Source: Hyphomonadaceae bacterium (lineage in GTDB: Bacteria; Pseudomonadota; Alphaproteobacteria; Caulobacterales; Hyphomonadaceae). Taken from it: DNA of 64,000 nt. Below are positions 60,052-64,000 of the stretch, piece by piece; the first letter of the stretch is position 1, and every line of letters begins with the position of its first letter. Below the pieces are notes generated by a model, which saw only the letters and a program-made list of their open reading frames with translations, ran no database searches and had not been told where the DNA came from. The position numbers and the translations under genes were made by a program. The stretch lies in assembly GCA_016714495.1 (NCBI GenBank), contig JADKDU010000007.1, positions 59,438 to 123,437 on the forward strand, in the 5' to 3' direction.

Positions 60052-60840
60052 TCAGCGCCCCGGTGAATTCACCGACGTGGCGCCGATGGACGCCAGCTGC
60101 TGTTCGGCGTCGTAAGCGGGAAAGGCTTCCCGCACGGAGATCGTGTCGGGGAGGACGTAGAACACCCCGCCCGCCTTCTTGAAGATCGGCTTGATCGTCT
60201 TGCTGTAGAAGGTCGACGAGACGTTGATGCAGCCGTGCGTGATGCGGTTGTCGTCCACCGTCTTCGAGGACAGGCGCGTCTTGCGCTTCTCCGCTTTCGG
60301 AGCGCCTTTGGGCAGCGCGTGGATCGAGATGGCGGTCGCATAGTCGACCCATAGCACTGTCTCGCCGCCGGCTGCGGGGCCATAGCCGACAACGAAGCGA
60401 CCGGCCGGCGTGGTGCGATCTTCGGCGGGAATATCCTTGAGTTCGCGGTCGGCGACGCCTTCGGCGGAATAATCGCCCATGGCCGAGCCGAGCAGAGCGG
60501 GTGAAGTCGCCTTGCGCCTGCCCTTGGCGTCGAACACCACAACCTGCGCCGCGACCTTGTCGACAATGGCGAATGGCAGGTCGCGATTGTCGCCCGTCGC
60601 GATGATCCAGGCGACGATCTCGGCAGCGTCTTCAGACAAAGGTAGTGCGGGCGCGACTTCGGGCGCCTTGGCGGTTTTGGCGACCGGCTCCGCCATGGCG
60701 CTGAGACCAGACGCGCCGCCAAAGGCCAGGGCGAGGACCGCCACACGAAGCACCGTTTTCAACGCGATAGGAATGCCGACCTCCAAAGTCAGGCTGCTTT
60801 GCGTTTGTGGATGGGCCGGACCCTGCGGGGGCCCGGCCAC
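60052..60840 (-). CDS. L,D-transpeptidase (YkuD) catalytic-domain protein
   Basis: Signal LRVAVLALAFGGASGLSAMA and catalytic ITHGCINV motif. Start uncertain (GTG 60840 or TTG 60762). Confidence 0.75.
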   Translation of the reverse strand: MAGPPQGPAHPQTQSSLTLEVGIPIALKTVLRVAVLALAFGGASGLSAMAEPVAKTAKAPEVAPALPLSEDAAEIVAWIIATGDNRDLPFAIVDKVAAQVVVFDAKGRRKATSPALLGSAMGDYSAEGVADRELKDIPAEDRTTPAGRFVVGYGPAAGGETVLWVDYATAISIHALPKGAPKAEKRKTRLSSKTVDDNRITHGCINVSSTFYSKTIKPIFKKAGGVFYVLPDTISVREAFPAYDAEQQLASIGATSVNSPGR

Positions 60841-60878
60841 CAGCCAGATTAGTCTCTGACCATCCAGTTAGAACAGGG

Positions 60879-61235
60879 TCAACCCCGCGGCCTGCGCGCG
60901 GGCGTCGCCGGCTTCTCAAGTGCATCGATACGCGGCGTGAGCGTGTCGAGGCGCTGGTTGGCCGTGCGGGCTTCGGTGGCGGCGGCCTGGGCGGCGGAAT
61001 TGGCGGCGGCAGCCTGGCTCGAGGCCGAGGCGGCGGCGGCATTTCCCGCTTCGGCGCGCTGTGTGGCGGTCGTCACGCGGGCGTCGACCTGATCGATGCG
61101 GCTGTTCACGGCGGCGAACTTTTCATCGACATACTGGTTCGTTGCACAGGCAGTGGCGCTGAGGCCGCCCAGAATTATTACAGCGGCGACACGTGCGGTC
61201 GCGGCGTGGTTCTTCAACCAAGACATTTTCGGCAT
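60879..61235 (-). CDS. Lpp-like alanine-zipper lipoprotein
   Basis: ILGGLSATAC lipobox, then heptad-like FAAVNSRIDQVDARV...ANQRLDTLTPRIDAL flanking an Ala-rich core. Confidence 0.6.
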   Translation of the reverse strand: MPKMSWLKNHAATARVAAVIILGGLSATACATNQYVDEKFAAVNSRIDQVDARVTTATQRAEAGNAAAASASSQAAAANSAAQAAATEARTANQRLDTLTPRIDALEKPATPARRPRG

Positions 61236-61612
61236 CCTTTTTTCTCCCGTTGGAACGATCCCGAACGGGGTCGTTGGTACGCAATGGCGTTAGGCCTCCA
61301 GATACGCTCTGGGCCTGTGTGAAACGTGGAGGATGTCGACTTGTTCCGGGTGCGGACGATTCTCGTGCGAAGTTCCGCGCTGCCCGAAACTTGAGCGGCA
61401 CGTCGCTCCTCAACGGATTCAAGGCGGTGCTCGCGCGCAAACGAGCGCCGCATGCGGAGCTCATGATCTGGAGCGCTATCTCGGGCGAAATGTTTCCCGT
61501 TTCGTGCGACCGCCGTGTGACGCTTTGCGTGATGATAGGCGCACCCCGCGCCCACCCTTGCCTTCGCGCCCGACACTGACCATCAAGGATGCTCTCTGTG
61601 GGGAGTTTTCCA

Positions 61613-62602
61613 ATGCGGCAGGTCCTGCGTTTCCTGGTCCTTGTGATGGCGATGGCCTTTGGCCTGCCCGCTCACGCGCAGGCGCCCGCCGCAGTGAAGG
61701 TCGGGATGTACATCAACGACATCCAGTCGATCGACCTGCACAGCTATTCCTTCGTCGCCGACGTCTATCTCTGGTTCCGCGACACCGACGCGGAGATCGT
61801 GCCCGGGTCGACGTTCGAATGGATGAACATGTTCGCCCCTGACGATCATGTTCAGACCGACATCTACCCCGAACCCGTCGACCAGCCTGACGGCACGCAA
61901 TACCAGGTCTTTCGCCATCAAGGTCCCTTCGCAGCGAAGTTCTCGGTGAAGACCTATCCCTTCGACGCCCACAATCTCACCATCGAGATAGAAGACCAGG
62001 AGTGGAACACCTCCCGTCTCGTCTATGTGGTCGATCAGGTGACGATGAACCCCGACATCGAACTGCCCGGCTTCGTGATTGGCGAGCCGAAACTCGAAGT
62101 CCGCAATCGTCCGTACCCGACGAATTTCGGCGACACGACGATGAGCCAGCCGGAGACCTATTCCCGCGCCATCGTCTCGATCCCGATCTCTCGCCCTGTC
62201 GTATCAGGCGTCACGAAATCCCTGCTTCCCGTTTTCATCGTTGTTCTCGTCGCCGCCGCAGCCCTGCTGCTGAAGCCCGAGCACATCGAGGCGCGCGTCG
62301 GTCTTTCGATCACCGCCCTTCTCACGCTCGTCGCTCTGCAGTTCAGCGCGCAAGCAGCCCTGCCCGACGTCGGCTATCTCCTGATGCTCGACCAGATCTA
62401 CCTTGCCTCCTACGGCTTCGTGCTTCTGGTCGTCGCCCTTCTGGTGATGACGACCGGCAATGCCGAAGACAAAAACCAGTTGGCGGCCGCGCATAGTCTC
62501 GCCAAGGGCGGGCTGGGCACGGCGGTCCTGTCCATCCTGCTGTATGCGACCGTCATCGGCCTCGTTCTGTGGCTCAACCTGAATGCGCCCGACGCGGCCT
62601 GA
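61613..62602 (+). CDS. prokaryotic pentameric ligand-gated ion channel (GLIC/ELIC superfamily)
   Basis: Signal MRQVLRFLVLVMAMAFGLPAHA. Extracellular domain VKVGMYINDIQSIDLHSYSFVADVYLWFRDTD and loop KTYPFDAHNLTIEIE. Four TM helices, with M2 EARVGLSITALLTLVALQF collinear with GLIC EANVTLVVSTLIAHIAFN. Confidence 0.75.
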   Translation: MRQVLRFLVLVMAMAFGLPAHAQAPAAVKVGMYINDIQSIDLHSYSFVADVYLWFRDTDAEIVPGSTFEWMNMFAPDDHVQTDIYPEPVDQPDGTQYQVFRHQGPFAAKFSVKTYPFDAHNLTIEIEDQEWNTSRLVYVVDQVTMNPDIELPGFVIGEPKLEVRNRPYPTNFGDTTMSQPETYSRAIVSIPISRPVVSGVTKSLLPVFIVVLVAAAALLLKPEHIEARVGLSITALLTLVALQFSAQAALPDVGYLLMLDQIYLASYGFVLLVVALLVMTTGNAEDKNQLAAAHSLAKGGLGTAVLSILLYATVIGLVLWLNLNAPDAA

Positions 62603-62736
62603 CGGCGTCCGGACTTAAAACGAACCTCACTAATCCCTCTTTCGCCCCAATTCGCGCCGTGGCGCGGCCATTATCGGCTGCGACAAGTTGTGCATCGCGG
62701 GACAATGACCTGGCGCCGCGGGAAAGGGGACTTGTC

Positions 62737-62925
62737 GTGAAAACTTCGATCCGCCTTGCGCTCACTTCACTTTTGGTTTGCGGCGTCACTTTCGCCGCTT
62801 CCGGCGCTCCCCTTCCCTTCATGCCGAAACCGCAGACGGTCAGCGCCACGCTCGACGCCCCGCTTCCGCCGGCCGAAGCGGGTCCCGGCGCTCAGATCGC
62901 TCTCACGACTTTCAGCCGGCAATAG
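62737..62925 (+). CDS. small secreted protein (hypothetical)
   Basis: GTG 62737 follows GGGAAAGGGGA. VKTSIRLALTSLLVCGVTFAASG is a signal peptide; 62 aa, Pro-rich. Confidence 0.3.
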   Translation: MKTSIRLALTSLLVCGVTFAASGAPLPFMPKPQTVSATLDAPLPPAEAGPGAQIALTTFSRQ

Positions 62926-62957
62926 CGTCTCGCCATCATCACTCCTGGGGACTAGCC

Positions 62958-63719
62958 ATGAAAACCCGCACAGCCATCGCCGCCATCCTGGCTCTCGCTA
63001 CGGCCGGCGCCGCCACGACCACGACCGCCTTCGCCAAGCCGCCCCGCGCGCCGGCGATCCACTCCTACATCCTGCTTGATCGCACCGGCTCGATGGAGCC
63101 GATCTGGTCGGAAGCGCTCTCTTCCGTGAATGCTTACGCTGATGGCCTCGCCACACTCGATGGCGGACCGCGCGTCGATGCCGACATCACGCTCGCCGCC
63201 TTCGACGCACAGGAAGGCCTGCAATTCGAGGTGCTGCGGCAGGACGTCGACGCCAGCGAATGGCGCGACGTCACCAATCGCGAAATCTCTCCGCGCGGCA
63301 TGACGCCTCTTTATGACGCGATCGGCCGAATGGTCTCGCTTGCCGAGAAGGACAAGCCTGAGAAAGCCGTCATCGTCATCATGACTGATGGCGAGGAAAA
63401 TTCTTCCAAGGAAATGACGAAAGCCTCCGCCAAGGCCGCGCTCGATCGCGTCCGCGCGAAGGGTTGGGAAGTCGTCTTCCTCGGCACCGAGTTCTCCAAC
63501 TTCGATGACGCCACCGGCGTCGGCCAAAGCGCCTCGCGCAACATGGCCGTCTCAAAAGACCAACTCGAGGACTCGATGCGTCGTCTCTCCGACAAGTCGA
63601 AAGCCTACGCCTCAGGCGCGGCGCCGACGGTGGAATTCAACGCCGAAGATCGCGCCGCCGCCAAGGAAGAAGAAGTCAAGCAAAGGACCAACAGCCCGCC
63701 GCAACGCGGCAACCCGTAG
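62958..63719 (+). CDS. secreted von Willebrand factor type A domain protein
   Basis: Signal MKTRTAIAAILALATAGAATTTTAFA. MIDAS elements LLDRTGSM, TPLYDAIG, VIVIMTDGEEN. Confidence 0.75.
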   Translation: MKTRTAIAAILALATAGAATTTTAFAKPPRAPAIHSYILLDRTGSMEPIWSEALSSVNAYADGLATLDGGPRVDADITLAAFDAQEGLQFEVLRQDVDASEWRDVTNREISPRGMTPLYDAIGRMVSLAEKDKPEKAVIVIMTDGEENSSKEMTKASAKAALDRVRAKGWEVVFLGTEFSNFDDATGVGQSASRNMAVSKDQLEDSMRRLSDKSKAYASGAAPTVEFNAEDRAAAKEEEVKQRTNSPPQRGNP

Positions 63720-63903
63720 GTCAAATAGCGTCGAGGGACGCCGCGGGTCCGCTTCTCCTGTAACGGCAAGGCAGGATCCGGATTCGGCCTGCGGCGATTC
63801 TCCCCGCCGCGGGCCGAATTGCATTTGATGCGGACCTCTTGAGTTTGAGCGCGGATTGTCGACCTATGCCGGACAGTGGGGAAGCTGCCGGGGAGCCACG
63901 ACC

Positions 63904-64000
63904 ATGATCCACCAGAAGACATCGACTTCAGCGGGTTTGGCGATCGCCAGCGCCTTCTTCATGTTGACCGCATGCCAGCCACAAACCGCAGCAACGCCTG
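63904..64000 (+). CDS. lipoprotein, N-terminal part only (runs off the window)
   Basis: GGGGAG then ATG 63904. MIHQKTSTSAGLAIASAFFMLTAC lipobox. Confidence 0.35.
   Translation, partial: MIHQKTSTSAGLAIASAFFMLTACQPQTAATP

Overview
High-GC alphaproteobacterial chromosome segment. rcdA/DUF1465, DUF1013, the DUF4164-zapA unit divergent from tkt, and two TonB-dependent receptors suggest a Caulobacterales/Hyphomonadaceae-like organism; this is an inference from gene content. Most of the window is ordinary core metabolism and envelope genes: kdsA, glmM, glmS, galU, add, dgkA, leuC, tkt-gap-pgk, class II fba, thiE, suhB, rpmE, dapF, an ABC exporter, quinone, aldo-keto and SDR oxidoreductases, a prolyl oligopeptidase and a VanX-type dipeptidase. 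I saw no tRNA, rRNA, CRISPR array, prophage or intact mobile element. Items worth a second look: (1) an orphan protein fusing a nucleoside-2-deoxyribosyltransferase/TIR-like domain to an HKD-less PLD-like domain (31.3-32.6 kb); (2) a TIR-like/TM/TPR protein next to rcdA; (3) a prokaryotic pentameric ligand-gated ion channel followed by a small secreted ORF and a secreted vWA protein (61.6-63.7 kb); (4) tandem CBS-hybrid histidine kinase paralogs sharing a perfect 145-bp tract, followed by tandem MltA/3D-domain genes and an atypical receiver; (5) an apparently frameshifted zapA with a candidate 6S RNA downstream; (6) many truncated or frameshifted gene remnants (MFS, PaaI, DUF1275, IS110 transposase, FtsX, RcnB, GIY-YIG, hrpB); (7) a promoter plus terminator-like hairpin in the DUF1013 leader. 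Family assignments rest on motif recognition by eye, and start codons are best guesses.
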